Shown in pieces: positions 51,651 through 64,000 of a DNA stretch of 64,000 nucleotides. The notes under the pieces were generated by a model. It was not told the origin of the DNA, searched no databases, and was given only the letters and a program-made list of their open reading frames with translations. How positions within the stretch are numbered: the stretch's first letter is position 1; each line of letters begins with the position of its first letter. The stretch lies in assembly GCA_002269645.1 (NCBI GenBank), contig NIVC01001481.1:62001-126000 (forward strand), given 5' to 3'. The DNA comes from Macrostomum lignano. Lineage: Eukaryota. The position numbers and the translations under genes were made by a program.

Positions 51651-52304
51651 GAGGGATTTGTCTAACCACATCATATCGTTTTGAACCCAGGGAGGGGGCG
51701 ACCCCCCCCCCCCCCCTAACACCTGTCAGAGAGGCGGCCTCTTGGGAGCTCAGTTGTCCTCCTGGCTCTTTTCAAATTTTGCACCCCTCCCCTCAAGTCT
51801 CTGGGGCTCCGGCAGATCTGCCGGCTGTGGTTGGCTAAGAGGGGGGGGGGCGACTGATGACGGAGGCTGGACTGACTCCCGCGCGAGGGGAGAGAGAGAT
51901 TGAAGCACCTGGCTCTTATTGCTTGTCTTAGCCTTAGCTAGATTGTGCGCTGTTGTGCTGTGTAATCCCACCTGTGCCAAGCGCGGTTTCCGATCTGCGC
52001 GCAGCTGGTGGGTGCCGGACTGGCTGACATGTAACACCAGATCAGGGGGTGGCGCCTGACACACACAGACACACATTCTCGCTCTCTCTGTTTCTCTTTC
52101 TTGGCCTCAACTGCCCGAAGAGGCAGAACAGCTTATCGAAATTAAACGAATGCGCGAACAGATGCAAGGCCAGCCAGATGCATTCGATCAGAGCAACGAG
52201 CGAGTGCCTGTTTGGTAAAGTCTGCGGGATGCAGCTACTGTTGTTTTGCTACCTGCTGGCTGCTGACTGCTAGAAATGCGCTCGACTGCCACGTTAGAAC
52301 TGAA

Positions 52305-54560
52305 AGCAGTGTAATCTGGGGTAGCGAATGGGGGCAGTGAATCGGGGGCAGTGTAATCTGGGGTAGCGAATGGGGGCAGTGAATCGGGGGCAGTGTAATC
52401 TGGGGTAGCGAATGGGGGTAGTGTAATCTGGGGTAGCGAATGGGGGCAGTGTAATCTGGGGTAGCGAATGGGGGCAGTGAATCGGGGGCAGTGTAATCTG
52501 GGGTAGCGAATGGGGGTAGTGTAATCTGGGGTAGCGAATGGGGGCAGTGTAATCTGGGGTAGCGAATGGGGGCAGTGAATCGGGGGCAGTGAATCGGGAC
52601 AGTGAATCGGGGACAGTGAATCGGGGGCAGTGAATCGGGGACAGTGAATCGGGACAGTGAATCGGGGGCAGTGAATCGGGGGCAGTGTAATCTGGGGTAG
52701 CGAATGGGGGCAGTGTAATCTGGGGTAGCGAATGGGGGCAGTGTAATCTGGGGTAGCGAATGGGGGCAGTGAATCGGGGGCAGTAAATCGGGGGCAGTGA
52801 ATCGGGGGCAGTGTAATCTGGGGTAGCGAATGGGGGCAGTGTAATCTGGGGTAGCGAATGGGGGCAGTGAATCGGGGGCAGTGAATCGGGACAGTGAATC
52901 GGGGACAGTGAATCGGGGGCAGTGAATCGGGGACAGTGAATCGGGACAGTGAATCGGGGGCAGTGAATCGGGGGCAGTGTAATCTGGGGTAGCGAATGGG
53001 GGCAGTCTAATCTGGGGTAGCGAATGGGGGCAGTGTAATCTGGGGTAGCGAATGGGGGCAGTGTAATCTGGGGTAGCGAATGGGGGCAGTGTAATCTGGG
53101 GTAGCGAATGGGGGCAGTGAATCGGGGGCAGTGAATCGGGGACAGTGAATCGGGGGCAGTGAATCGGGGGCAGTGAATCGGGGGCAGTGTAATCTGGGGT
53201 AGCGAATGGGGGCAGTGAATCGGGGGCAGTAAATCGGGGCAGTGTAATCTGGGGTAGCGAATGGGGCAGTGTAATCTGGGGTAGCGAATGGGGGCAGTGT
53301 AATCTGGGGTAGCGAATGGGGGCAGTGTAATCTGGGGTAGCGAATGGGGGCAGTGTAATCTGGGGTAGCGAATGGGGGCAGTGAATCGGGGGCAGTGAAT
53401 CGGGGACAGTGAATCGGGGGCAGTGAATCGGGGGCAGTGAATCGGGGGCAGTGTAATCTGGGGTAGCGAATGGGGGCAGTGAATCGGGGGCAGTAAATCG
53501 GGGGCAGTGTAATCTGGGGTAGCGAATGGGGGCAGTGTAATCTGGGGTAGCGAATGGGGGCAGTGTAATCTGGGGTAGCGAATGGGGGCAGTGAATCGGG
53601 GGCAGTGAATCGGGGGCAGTGAATCGGGGACAGTGAATCGGGGGCAGTGAATCGGGGACAGTGAATCGGGACAGTGAATCGGGGGCAGTTAATCGGGGGC
53701 AGTGAATCGGGGCAGTGTAATCTGGGGTAGCGAATGGGGGCAGTGTAATCTGGGGTAGCGAATGGGGGCAGTGTAATCTGGGGTAGCGAATGGGGGCAGT
53801 GTAATCTGGGGTAGCGAATGGGGGCAGTGAATCGGGGGCAGTGAATCGGGGACAGTGAATCGGGGGCAGTGAATCGGGGGCAGTGTAATCTGGGGTAGCG
53901 AATGGGGGCAGTGTAATCTGGGGTAGCGAATGGGGGCAGTGAATCGGGGGCAGTGAATCGGGGACAGTGAATCGGGGACAGTGAATCGGGGGCAGTGAAT
54001 CGGGGGCAGTGTAATCTGGGGTAGCGAATGGGGGCAGTGAATCGGGGGCAGTGAATCGGGACAGTGAATCGGGGGCAGTGAATCGGGGACAGTGAATCGG
54101 GGGCAGTGAATCGGGGGCAGTGAATCGGGGATAGTGAATCATGCACAGTGAATGGGAGGACAGTGAATCGGGGACAGTGAATCGGGGATAGTGAATCATG
54201 CACAGTGAATGGGAGAACAGTGAATCATGCACAATGAATGGGGGACAGTGAATCGGGGGCAATAAATGGGGGGCAGTGAATCGGCGACAGTGAATCTGGG
54301 ATAGTGAATTGGGGATAGTGAATCGGGGGCAGTAAATGGGGGGCAGTGAATCGGCGACAGTGAATCTGGGATAGTGAATTGGGGATAGTGAACCAGGGAC
54401 AGTGAATCGGTGATAGTGAATCTGGGATAGTGAACCGGGGATAGTGAATCTGTGATAGTGAACCGGGGATATTGAACCGGGGATAGTGAATCTGGGATAG
54501 TGAATCGGGGAGAATGAGTCATTCACAGTGAATGGGGGACAGTGAATCATGCACAGTGAA
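52305..54560. repeat. ~2.2-kb G-rich compound minisatellite of 14-bp and 28-bp units
   Basis: GCAGTGAATCGGGG interspersed with GCAGTGTAATCTGGGGTAGCGAATGGGG; degenerate monomers at the right end. Confidence 0.95.
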
Positions 54561-55099
54561 TCGCATTGATGAATAGCATTTAGGCTAGCTGTGCCCAGCC
54601 TGCCTGCAGGCCATTTCGCATTATTTACCATAATTTGAAAAAGCTAAACAGCAAATTATGCTCTTGATCAAAATATTTATGCCACATTGGGTTGGTCGGG
54701 ATTCTGGGGCAAACGGCATATCCCAGCCTAGGCCCATTTTGTCACAGCCGGCGAGCCGCGCGCAGACAGCCATTCAGACAGCCGCAAACAGCCCCCATAT
54801 GGATTCTGTGTAAACTGAATACAAGCCTGTCAGGCCGAGTCTAAACACCCCCCCCCCTTGTCATCATCCTTCTGCTCCCCAAATCGCTTCTGTATATACA
54901 TAGAACTTGAACCCAAGCGAACCCACACCTATCCAAAACTCATAAACATTCGATTGGGTTGGGCCAAACAGCAGTTGTTGCTCCCTATCTCCCACACACT
55001 CTCTCTGCGCTGGGGCAATGGAAATATCAGATTCCATCTGGAAGAAAATATTGAATTAGCTGCTTTGTACAGGAAATATATAGTGGTCTTCCAATAGAA

Positions 55100-55480
55100 G
55101 GACAGGGAGGGGGTCAGGGCGGTCCATGGAAAGACATGGACGGGGGTCAGGGTGGTCCATGGAAGGACATGGACAGGGGTCAGGGTGATCCATGGAAGGA
55201 CATGGACAGGGGTCAGGGTGGTCCATGGAAGGACATGAACAGGGGTCAGGGTGATCCATGGAAGGACATGGACAGGGGTCAGGGTGATCCATGGAAGGAC
55301 ATGGACAGGGGTCAGGGTGGTCCATGGAAGGACATGGACAGGGGTCAGGGTGGTCCATGGAAGGACATGGACAGGGGTCAGGGTGGTCCATGGAAGGACA
55401 TGGACAGGGGTCAGGGTGATCCATGGAAGGACATGGACAGGGGGTCATGGTGGTCCATGGAAGGACATGGACAGGGGGTC
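55100..55480. repeat. 33-bp tandem minisatellite (~11 copies)
   Basis: Unit GGTCCATGGAAGGACATGGACAGGGGTCAGGGT. Confidence 0.95.
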
Positions 55481-56054
55481 ATGGTGGTGAGGGCATATTT
55501 CACAAGCTTAAAATATAACTTTGTCGAACAAACAAGAATTTCGGAAGCTCAAAAATTTTCATAATGCGCTCTCTGACTTGCGAGTTAAGAAAGCAATTCA
55601 AGCATTAATTGGTTTGGAAAATGAGAATCTTTTTCTAGGAGAAACTGCATGACATCACCTCAATCTGCAGGTTCCCATTCCTCTCTCTCTAGTGGATGGA
55701 TGGGTGGGTGGGTCAGAAGCTGTCACAGGAGAACTGCAGGGGATTGTGTCAATTGCGTCACTCGCTGTTTCGAGTGGTTCTTACATTCTTTAGCAGAAAA
55801 TTTTTAAAAGCGTTGGTCAAATTTCTGGTCCCCACATCTGGACAATAAAATCTGGTTTTAACGCTGTGGGCATTTTCGGCATAGTGTTTACAGGGCCTGA
55901 ATTTTTTAGCAACAGGAGGGGAATTCTATTTCATTCTCGAAAATAAAATTCACTGAGTGCCGCACTTCTGGGTCAAGAGGTCGGTATTTTTATGTTTTAC
56001 TCTGCAGTTTTTAGATGAAAGTTTTACGACCACTGAGCAACTTGCAAATGGGAT

Positions 56055-56820
56055 TATTTAAGGATGGGATAACTTTGAGAATGGGGAGATTCAAGGATGG
56101 GATAACTTTGAGAATGGGGAGATTCAAGGAGGGGACAACTTTGAGAATGGAGAGATTCAAGGATGGGACAACTTTGAGAATGGGGAGATTCAAGGAGGGG
56201 ACAACTTTGAGAATGGAGAGATTCAAGGAGGGACAACTTTGAGAATGGAGAGATTCAAGGATGGGACAACTTTGAGAATGGAGAGATTCAAGGAGGGGAC
56301 AACTTTGAGAATGGGGAGATTCAAGGATGGGATAACTTTGAGAATGGGGAGATTCAAGGAGGGGATAACCTTGAGAATGGGGAGATTCAAGGATGGAATA
56401 ACTTTGAGAATGGGGAGATTCAAGGATGGGATGACTTTGAGAATGGGGAGATTCAAGGATGGGATAACTTTGAGAATGGAGAGATTCAAGGATGGGATGA
56501 CTTTGAGAATGGGGAGATTCAAGGATGGGATGACTTTGAGAATGGGGAGATTCAAGGATGGGATGACTTTGAGAATAGGGAGATTCAAGGATGGAATGAC
56601 TTTGAGAATGGGGAGATTCATGGATGGGATAACTTTGAGAATGGGGAGATTCAAGGACGGGATAACTATGAGAATGGGGAGATTCGAGGATGGAATAACT
56701 TTGAGAATGGGGAGATTCAAGGATGGGATGACTTTGAGAGTGGGAAAATTCAAGGATGGGATAATTTTTAATTTTGGGGCAGATTTGATGATGGGATAAT
56801 TTTGAGTATGGGGAGATTCA
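56055..56820. repeat. 33-bp tandem minisatellite (~22 copies)
   Basis: Unit AACTTTGAGAATGGGGAGATTCAAGGATGGGAT. Confidence 0.95.
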
Positions 56821-57629
56821 ACGATAGGATAAAAAATGCGAAGAAATAGAAACGATTCAAAGATTTAAGGATTAAAATAAAGAAATCAGCAATTGAAACA
56901 TGATAATCCTGAAGGAACAGATTAATTGAAGGTAGAAATCGATACAAAGTCTCCCCAGCCCCAGGCCTTTGTTCCCCCATCACCTGTCAATCCTCAATGG
57001 TGTCATATTTCCCCACCTCGAATCCTTTGCTCGGATTCAAACACAAATCCCCAAGCCTGAAAATCTTCCCAAAGATTGGACATGCTCAGAAGAAAAAATT
57101 ATCCCCATCTAATGATTCGATCCCCTCAACAGCCTCAGCTTGGATCGGGTGAGTCAACAGGCTCCTGTTTCCCATTGTATTAATTAATGTATTTCTTAGA
57201 ATAATAGGGGAAGATATGGGGGGCGGGGAAGCGCACGATTGTCAAGTGTCTGGCGAGCGAAGGATATCCCGTTTCCAATTTGATGTTCTTGTTTTGCGTT
57301 CTTGTTTGCCTGCTCTGTCACAGAGGAGGAGGGGGGCGTTCACGGTTGCGAGACTGACTCCACCAGTGTGTGTTTGGATAAAGACTTGCTTGAGCAATGG
57401 CTGCGGTGCTCAACACAATTAGTCAATATACGAGCGCAGGCTTCATACAATGCGTTACGCAAAGCACTTGAAGTTCAGCGCGGCGTCGCCTCTTTATCGA
57501 ACCAAGGTCGGTTGGTAAGCAGGTGACTTAATGGCTGCCGGCAATATCAATGATAGTCAAGTGCCCTGGCTCCCGCGTGGTTAGTTTCGTGTTTGACTGT
57601 TTTATTTATTTATAAACACTGAATAGGAA

Positions 57630-57915
57630 TTCGGTAAATAGGGATTCGGTGAATAGGGATTCGGTGAATGGGATACGGTGAATGGGGATTCGGTGAATGG
57701 GATACGGTGAATGGGGATTCGGTGAATGGGGATTCGATGAATAGGGATTCGGTGAATGGGGATTCGGTGAATGGGGATTCGATGAATAGGGATTCGGTGA
57801 ATGGGGATTCGGTGAATGGGGATTCGGTGAATAGGGATTCGGTGAATGGGGATTCGGTGAATGGGATTCGGTAAACGGGGATTCGGTGAATAAGATTTTG
57901 GTGAATAGGGATTCA
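57630..57915. repeat. 15-bp tandem minisatellite
   Basis: Unit GGGGATTCGGTGAAT. Confidence 0.93.
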
Positions 57916-58829
57916 GTGGGTCTACTGGAATTCAACAAGCAGTGTCATGTATAATGATGCAGTGATCGTTTTAAAACCGACAGTTAAGTTAAGTTAAGTT
58001 AAGTGAAGTTAAGACTTTAAATATACTTATTTTAAGCTTCATAAAAACTCAGAACCTTCGCAGACAGAGGCTGGAGCAACTTCATCATCTTGTGGATGTA
58101 CAAAACAATGCTTAAGTCAGATATATTTTTTGTCTTGCTAAACAGGAAAAGCAATTGTTTAAAAGCACTGCTGCCGTTAATATCGGTATATACTACTTGC
58201 CTATTCTTCAGTAAGTAGAGCGAATAATGAAATTTGAAAGGCCCAGTTTCTCTACGATGAGGTTAACATATTGTATTCGAATTCGAAAGCGAAGAGAGAA
58301 GCAGATTTGCGAAGATTTCTGTTCATAGAAAAAATACAAAATCGCGTAAGAGATTTAAAGAGCAAGAGCGAAATCAATATCACAAGCCGCTACGCATACA
58401 TTTATCAAATACTCTTAGTAGTACTAGCAGCAAATTACATAAATGTTGGTTAGAAAAATTGTGAAAAAAACGCTTAGCACATAAAATTCGCGATCAGCAC
58501 GAAGTTTTGAAGCATTGAATTGCCCTAATTTGATGAAGCAGCAGAGATGTGTGGATGATTTACTTCAGATTTAAGACTAATTCTCATACTACTGACCTAC
58601 CGCGCAGCAGTAGTGTAAAGCAAACATTTTGGCTAACAGTTGCGAAAATGTAAGCGGGGTGCGCACACAGTGCTCTCAGATCAGGTCAAACAGTGCATTT
58701 TTGAGTCGTCAGAATGCAATGCAATGAATATTGTGACGTTTGAATGCGCGATAACTTTTTTTATATAGAGCTAAAATAAAAAAAATTAGTTTCTTAAAAA
58801 TTACTCTAGACTCTCAGTTTCCCATGTCC

Positions 58830-59170
58830 CGGATCCTCAGCTCACAGATCCCCCGATCCTTAAATCCTCAAATTTCAGATCCTCAGATCCTTAGATTCCA
58901 GATCCTTAGATCCTCAGATCCCAGATCCTTAGATCCTCAGATCAAAGATCCTCAGAAACCACATCCTCAGAACTCACATCCTCAGATCCTACATCCTCAG
59001 ATCCCACATCTTCAAATCCCACATCCTCAGATCCCAGATCCTCAGATCCCAGATCCTCAGATCCCAGATCCTCAGATCCCAGATCCTAAGATCCCACATC
59101 CTCAGATCCCACATCCTAAGATCCCACATCCTCAGATCCCACATCCTCAGATCCCACACCTTCAAATCCC
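58830..59170. repeat. 15-bp tandem minisatellite just 3' of SPATA6
   Basis: Unit CCTCAGATCCCA(C/G)AT. Confidence 0.92.
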
Positions 59171-59298
59171 ACAGCACTTAAACGGTAAAAACTCGTATAA
59201 TCGTACAACCCAAAAATTCTCGCACAAAAATCGAAACGCCAAAATAGCAGTCTTTGTTATTAATTGAACTCAATCGTGGGCCACCAGCCATGAAGTCC

Positions 59299-60774
59299 TC
59301 AGGCGCGAACGCTGCGCAGTCGAGCGAGCCGGAGCTCCCTCTCCAGCATCTCTACGTCGTCATAATACCGACCGTAGTAGTACGGATAAAAGTACGAATG
59401 ATAGGGACTGTAGTAGTATGGATAGTAGTAGGGCCTGTAGGGCCGGTATGGCGAGCCGCTTCGCCGCAGGGTGTCGGCGACTCGCTCGTGAAGGTCGGCG
59501 GACGTCAGGGCCGGGTAGCGCTCGCTCAGCGTCGGCCGGGACGGCGACGGCGACGGCGACCTTGGACGGGCCCGCGACGGCGCCTGCGCCTCCGCCAGAG
59601 ACGACGTCGAACGGCGCAAATCGGCGGCGGATCGACTGCGCTTCAGACGTCCGGTGCCACCGCCCTCGCCGACGCCGCCGCTTCTCGCCTTTGCCTCGCC
59701 GTAATTATCGTGCATAGTCGGCGTCCTGCCGACTAGCGAGTTTTCCACGCGCCGAACAACAAACGGTGGTCGACCGTTCGACGCCCCGCAGGCCGCCGCG
59801 GCAGCCGATTTTGTCGGCGGTTTCTTCGATCGAGTTGACGGTTCGTCCAGATCGTCGCAGAGGGCCTTCAGCCGGGGGCTCGGCGATCGGGAGCGCATAG
59901 CGGCGGCCAGCGTCTGCCGCTCGTAGTTGTTGGCGCCGCCGCCGCTACCGCCACCGCCACCAGACTGCCTCAGTCGCCGGGACCGGGATCGAGACCGGGA
60001 CCGGCGGGCGCCGTTGACGCCGACTGAGCTGCCGTTGGCTTTCGAGGTTGCCAGGAGGCCGCCGCCCGGCAGCAGCTCCTCGATGGCGGCGTAGGTGGCG
60101 AATTCGAGCCTGGGCGGCACGCCGGGAAAGTCCAGGGTTCGCGTCATAAGGATGTCGCGGCTGGCCGAGTGGCTGGTCCGGCCGGCCAGAGGGCCGAAGA
60201 AGTCGCGGCAGTTGGTCTCGTGGTAGGCCAGCAGGCAGCCGCCCAGGTAAATGTCCGTCACCTGGGCGGGAAATAAGATCAGTCAAAAGTTGATTCGTTA
60301 GTACGAGTAGTTTTCAGTAGTATTAGTAGTAGTATTATTCGTCCAGTGATCGTTTCTAAATTTTTTTTCAAAAATGCACCTCAAACTTCTGGACGTCGTC
60401 CTTCCACTTGAGTCGTTCATGGTGTGCTTGCAGTCAAATTTACGTCGAATAAAGCTGAGTACAAAAAGTTAAATTACATGTAGTTCAAAACAGTAACCAA
60501 ACGTTACCTGTCGCAGCTCCAGCGTCACCGGAGCGTCAGCCAGCAGGTCGGTCACTACGAAGGCGTCCTCGGCTGTCCAGAACAGGCGCTCGAACTGGAA
60601 TCGCTCGTGAACGTTCAGTGGGAAGGCGGCTTCCAGCAGGCGGGTCCGCTTGGCCTGCCCAAAGACGACAACTACCAGAAAGAGGTCGTCCCGGATGGGG
60701 AGCCGCGTGCCCGGCGAGGACACCACGTCCAGCGTCAGCTCCAGCGTGCATTTGAATCCGCCGCCGCTAGACAT
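59299..60774 (-). CDS. SPATA6: Spermatogenesis-associated protein 6-like; exons 60774-60508 and 60261-59299; 409 aa
   Basis: CTLELTLDVVSSPG..RDDLFLVVVVFGQAKRT..FPL..RFQFERLF...LELRQ and YHETNCRDF..RDILMTR..FPG..PRLEFAT match the SPATA6 N-terminal domain; phase-0 GT-AG intron; low-complexity RS/Y-rich tail. Confidence 0.88.
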
Positions 60775-60894
60775 GCTGATGAGTTTCTAATTTTTATTAT
60801 CGATTCCGGCTTGTCTTACTGCCAAAAATGAGAGACTAGAAGACGACAGCGGCTCTGAAATGCGAATTTTAGTGTTTTATGATTTTCAGATCCT

Positions 60895-60908
60895 GATACT
60901 TTAGCAAC
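60895..60908. promoter_or_regulatory. Candidate RFX X-box upstream of SPATA6
   Basis: GATACTTTAGCAAC matches GTTRCYATRGYAAC at 12 of 14 positions, 121 nt from the ATG. Confidence 0.45.
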
Positions 60909-63216
60909 AAATTTAATTATTATAAGTTGTCATAGTTATTTTTAGTTCCTGTTCATATTGTAATAAAATCGTCAATTATTGAAATTATTGAAAATCAAAA
61001 GTCTAAATAACTTTAATTAAATCACAAACTTTTAAACTCATAAAATAATCATTCTTAACTTTCGTACTTTGTTGTTTAATTTAGTTTTAAATACTTAAAT
61101 CCAAAAAAGGCTCCCTATGCTTACTCTATTTTTTTTATAAATACCATTAATACATGTATAGTAAAAGCTAAACTGTGTCATTGTTTCTGTATAGTTCATT
61201 TAATTAAATTTAAAACTGTGTCACAGATAAATAGATAAGGAGTGAAGGCAGTGAGTGGTTCTGTCAGTCAAATCAATTACAATTATAGCTGGCTAGAAAT
61301 GTGCAGATGATCTAGTTACTATTTAATTTTTATAAAATTTCTTCAGGGGCAATGTAAATAAAATATAGCCAAAGTTTTATTAGCAAAAATCATTAAGGCA
61401 GATGTAACCTGCATCGCATGACCACTGATCATACGAGGATAAAGCCTTGTTAGAAATATATAGATTTACTATAGTCTAAATCACATTGAATCAATTTGCT
61501 AAGCAAAAGAATAAAGTTACAGTTACGTTTTTTCAGAAAAGAAACCCAAAGTATTCTCAAAAAGAAATCTGAAGTTTACACAAACGAAATTGGTTAATAC
61601 GGGGTAGTAAGGCAACAGGAAAAAGAAAGTTACATATGAACTGAAAATCACAAGTCATCCGGTTGCTACGCAATATGCATAAAATTAAACGGCATTGTGA
61701 TTAATAAAAATAGGAATTCATGCTACACATTTAAACTTTTGCTGCAACACTTGAAAGCCACTAAATGATGCTATTGTAAATCTTACTGAAGTATTTGTTT
61801 AAGTTGATAACAATTAATACTGCTTTAAGGCGGTGAATAAAAAATATATATACATATAAGCATATAAAATTTCGATTTGTGATTTTTTACGGTGCAAAAA
61901 ACAAATATCGTCTATGAAAGCAGACTAAAGCGTTGCCTCTTTTATCCAACGCCTTAATTTTTTGCAATGTAGTGTCACTAATTTTATGTTTAACGCTGCT
62001 AGTTCACTGATTTGTTTTGCAAAAAATAATATCATCAAATATTATCACTATTAAAGTTCAAAGTTTACGGGTGATTGTTAGCCCGTAGTTTGCGCCAGAG
62101 GGAGTTTGCATCAGATTTTTTATCGTTAGTCTCTTTTTACGTTTTCACTTTTCTAATGTATGCAATATAAAGTATTTAAATTGCAATCATGCAACAATAT
62201 TTTTGCAATTTTGGTACGTTTCACCACTTTTTAATTATGATGGCAAAATCTATCGTAAAATACTCAACTGATATCAAAAGAATGAAGACGATAAGAACGA
62301 ACCAACAGCGAAATAAAATGAACGATCGTATATGCTTTGCGCATTTCTGAGAGCTGCCCCAGTCAACCTCTTAATTACGCTCGTAAATTATAACCTTGTA
62401 AATCTTTTATCATTGTCAATGCCAATAAATTTGATAAGGGAGTGACCTCAATAAAGTAAAATATCACGAAAGCAATATATATATATCTTGGTTCAATCAG
62501 ACAAATTTAATTTACAGTAAAATAATACTACTGAAAATTCTAAAGCACTAAATACCCGTTCAATGAGAAAGCACATAATTTTATTATAGAATTTCCTTAA
62601 TTTTCACATGTTCGTTTGAACGGTTACACAAACCAAAGCCACTCAAAGTCACAAGAATACATAAGCGGAAAATTGAAACAAAAGCAAAAATAATAAAGGC
62701 ACAACTTAACCACAGTGCATAAAGAGATCGTGTTAAGGATTAAACTCAATATATAATTAGTTCGATCGGTTGCCATGCTAACAACGTACACTGAAGTACC
62801 TTTAATTTTTTATGATGGTCTTTGAGGGTTGCGTACACGGAGTGTGTAGGTCGGCACACACGTAAGACTCGTTCACACTACGCCAGTTCTGCATGTCACA
62901 CTGATAGTGCGTGGTTTTTTTGTTAAATATAAGATGGAGCATGCACTTTTCTTATTTAGTCGAGTGATTAAACTTGATGGCTCAATTCGATCGTGGTGCA
63001 AACAAGCCTTTGATCTAAACACTATGAGAATACTGCTGCACACACAGTACTAATTTCTTTGCTTTAAAAAACGCAGCTACAAAAAATTTCGATAACCCTG
63101 CTAGAATAATAGTCATTTGCTTAAGGTACCAGGTTCATACCACACCATAATTGTTAGTATAAATTTGGTAGCAAGAGAAAACAAGAAACTTGAAACCTAA
63201 TTGCCTGCTTAAGGTT

Positions 63217-64000
63217 TCAAAAATGAACCTTCATTCGCTTGGTGCGAATAGCGAACGCAACGTTAGCCAGCATGCTGGACACATCGACGTTGGCACTTTC
63301 CCACAGCGTTCCGCTTGTGACGATAACCCAGAATAGAGCAGAAAACAGAGAGTGGCCCATGTTGCCAGTGCGGCCTCCTCCGAGAATGGCACAGGGTTGC
63401 CCGTCTTCGACTCGTAGATCTCCTTGAATGTCCTGTAGAACTCCTTGGGATCTTGTCCACGTGTTCCTGCATCGCCTCGGTCGACAAGCTAGAAATCATC
63501 AACAAGCCGAGGTCGAGGCCGAAAACACTGACGTCCCAGAACTGCCAGTCAAATAGTCGACAAATCATGCTGCCTCCATCGCCCTTGAACATGAAGTTCG
63601 AGAACCAGAGGTCGCCATGCGATATTCCGACGGCTCATCTGTGAACGCTGGAACCCCTTTCATTGGATCTGCGACTAAAGTTGCGATAAGCTTCTTCACA
63701 AGCTCTTGGATCAGCTCACGATCCGAATGTGACGGCACATGCTTGTGCAAGTTCTCAAAGAAGTACTTCGTGTTTTGTTCCAAAATTTCTTTGAGGTCAA
63801 CACCACTCTTCCGAATTCCATCACTAAATGGCGACTCGCGGCCGAACAGCACGGAGTCCAGTGAGTAGTTGAAGTTCACCCGAGCGATCCAGAACGCGGC
63901 CTGCAGTCGGGCAAGGGTCCTCACTACGCAGTAAGCCTGCTCGATGCCGAATGACTTCCGATCGACAAGGCTGAAGCCTTGCTTCGTCATGTCCTCCATA
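63217..64000 (-). pseudogene. EcKL/CHK (ecdysteroid-kinase-like) kinase, 3' part, with at least two frameshifts (pseudogene or sequence error); continues beyond the window
   Basis: MEDM..GF..D.....A...R.LARLQA in one frame; HGDLWFSNFMF...LFDWQ...LDL in a second (frame change ~63630); KEFYRTFKEIYE..PFSEE in a third (frame change ~63448). Confidence 0.75.

Noticed and set aside
52050-52070. BMP-responsive element GGCGCC near AGAC upstream of the Id-like gene
   Set aside because: Spacing and orientation do not fit GGCGCC-N5-GTCT; a similar near-miss at ~47172-47190 also fails.
52235-56799. 798-aa PFATPDYTA ORF and the 11-aa-repeat ORFs
   Set aside because: Products of 14/28-bp and 33-bp arrays; no unique flanking domain.
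58528-58597. Box C/D snoRNA (TGATGA ... CTGA)
   Set aside because: No terminal stem or recognisable guide; short boxes occur by chance in AT-rich DNA.

Overview
Eukaryotic (animal) genomic DNA; I see no prokaryotic features and no CRISPR array. Short GT-AG introns, GC-rich and often intronless CDSs with poly-Q/A/P runs, and very dense, diverse minisatellites suggest a flatworm such as Macrostomum lignano (inference, not verified). Minus-strand genes: ZNF706-like, secreted cystatin, NDUFC2, a 4-exon MPP7-like MAGUK, MRI1, a truncated type II membrane gene, an Id/emc-like HLH, SPATA6, and a frameshifted EcKL/CHK kinase-like gene running off the right edge. Plus-strand genes: a 5-exon Methyltransf_FA (FAMeT)-domain gene not captured by the ORF track, and an intronless ELAV/Sxl-type 3-RRM gene. 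Mobile DNA: a 2191-bp non-autonomous LTR element (apparently identical 319-bp LTRs, tRNA-Lys PBS, PPT, 5-bp TSD) that carries a GC-rich higher-order tandem array instead of gag/pol and sits inside a minisatellite; a 733-bp TIR element with an 8-bp TSD; a probable TA-flanked MITE; a tRNA-derived CORE-like SINE; and a CpG-purged THAP/P-element transposase fossil. Most long ORFs in the supplied track are artefacts of tandem repeats. All comparisons were made by eye; no database searches were run.
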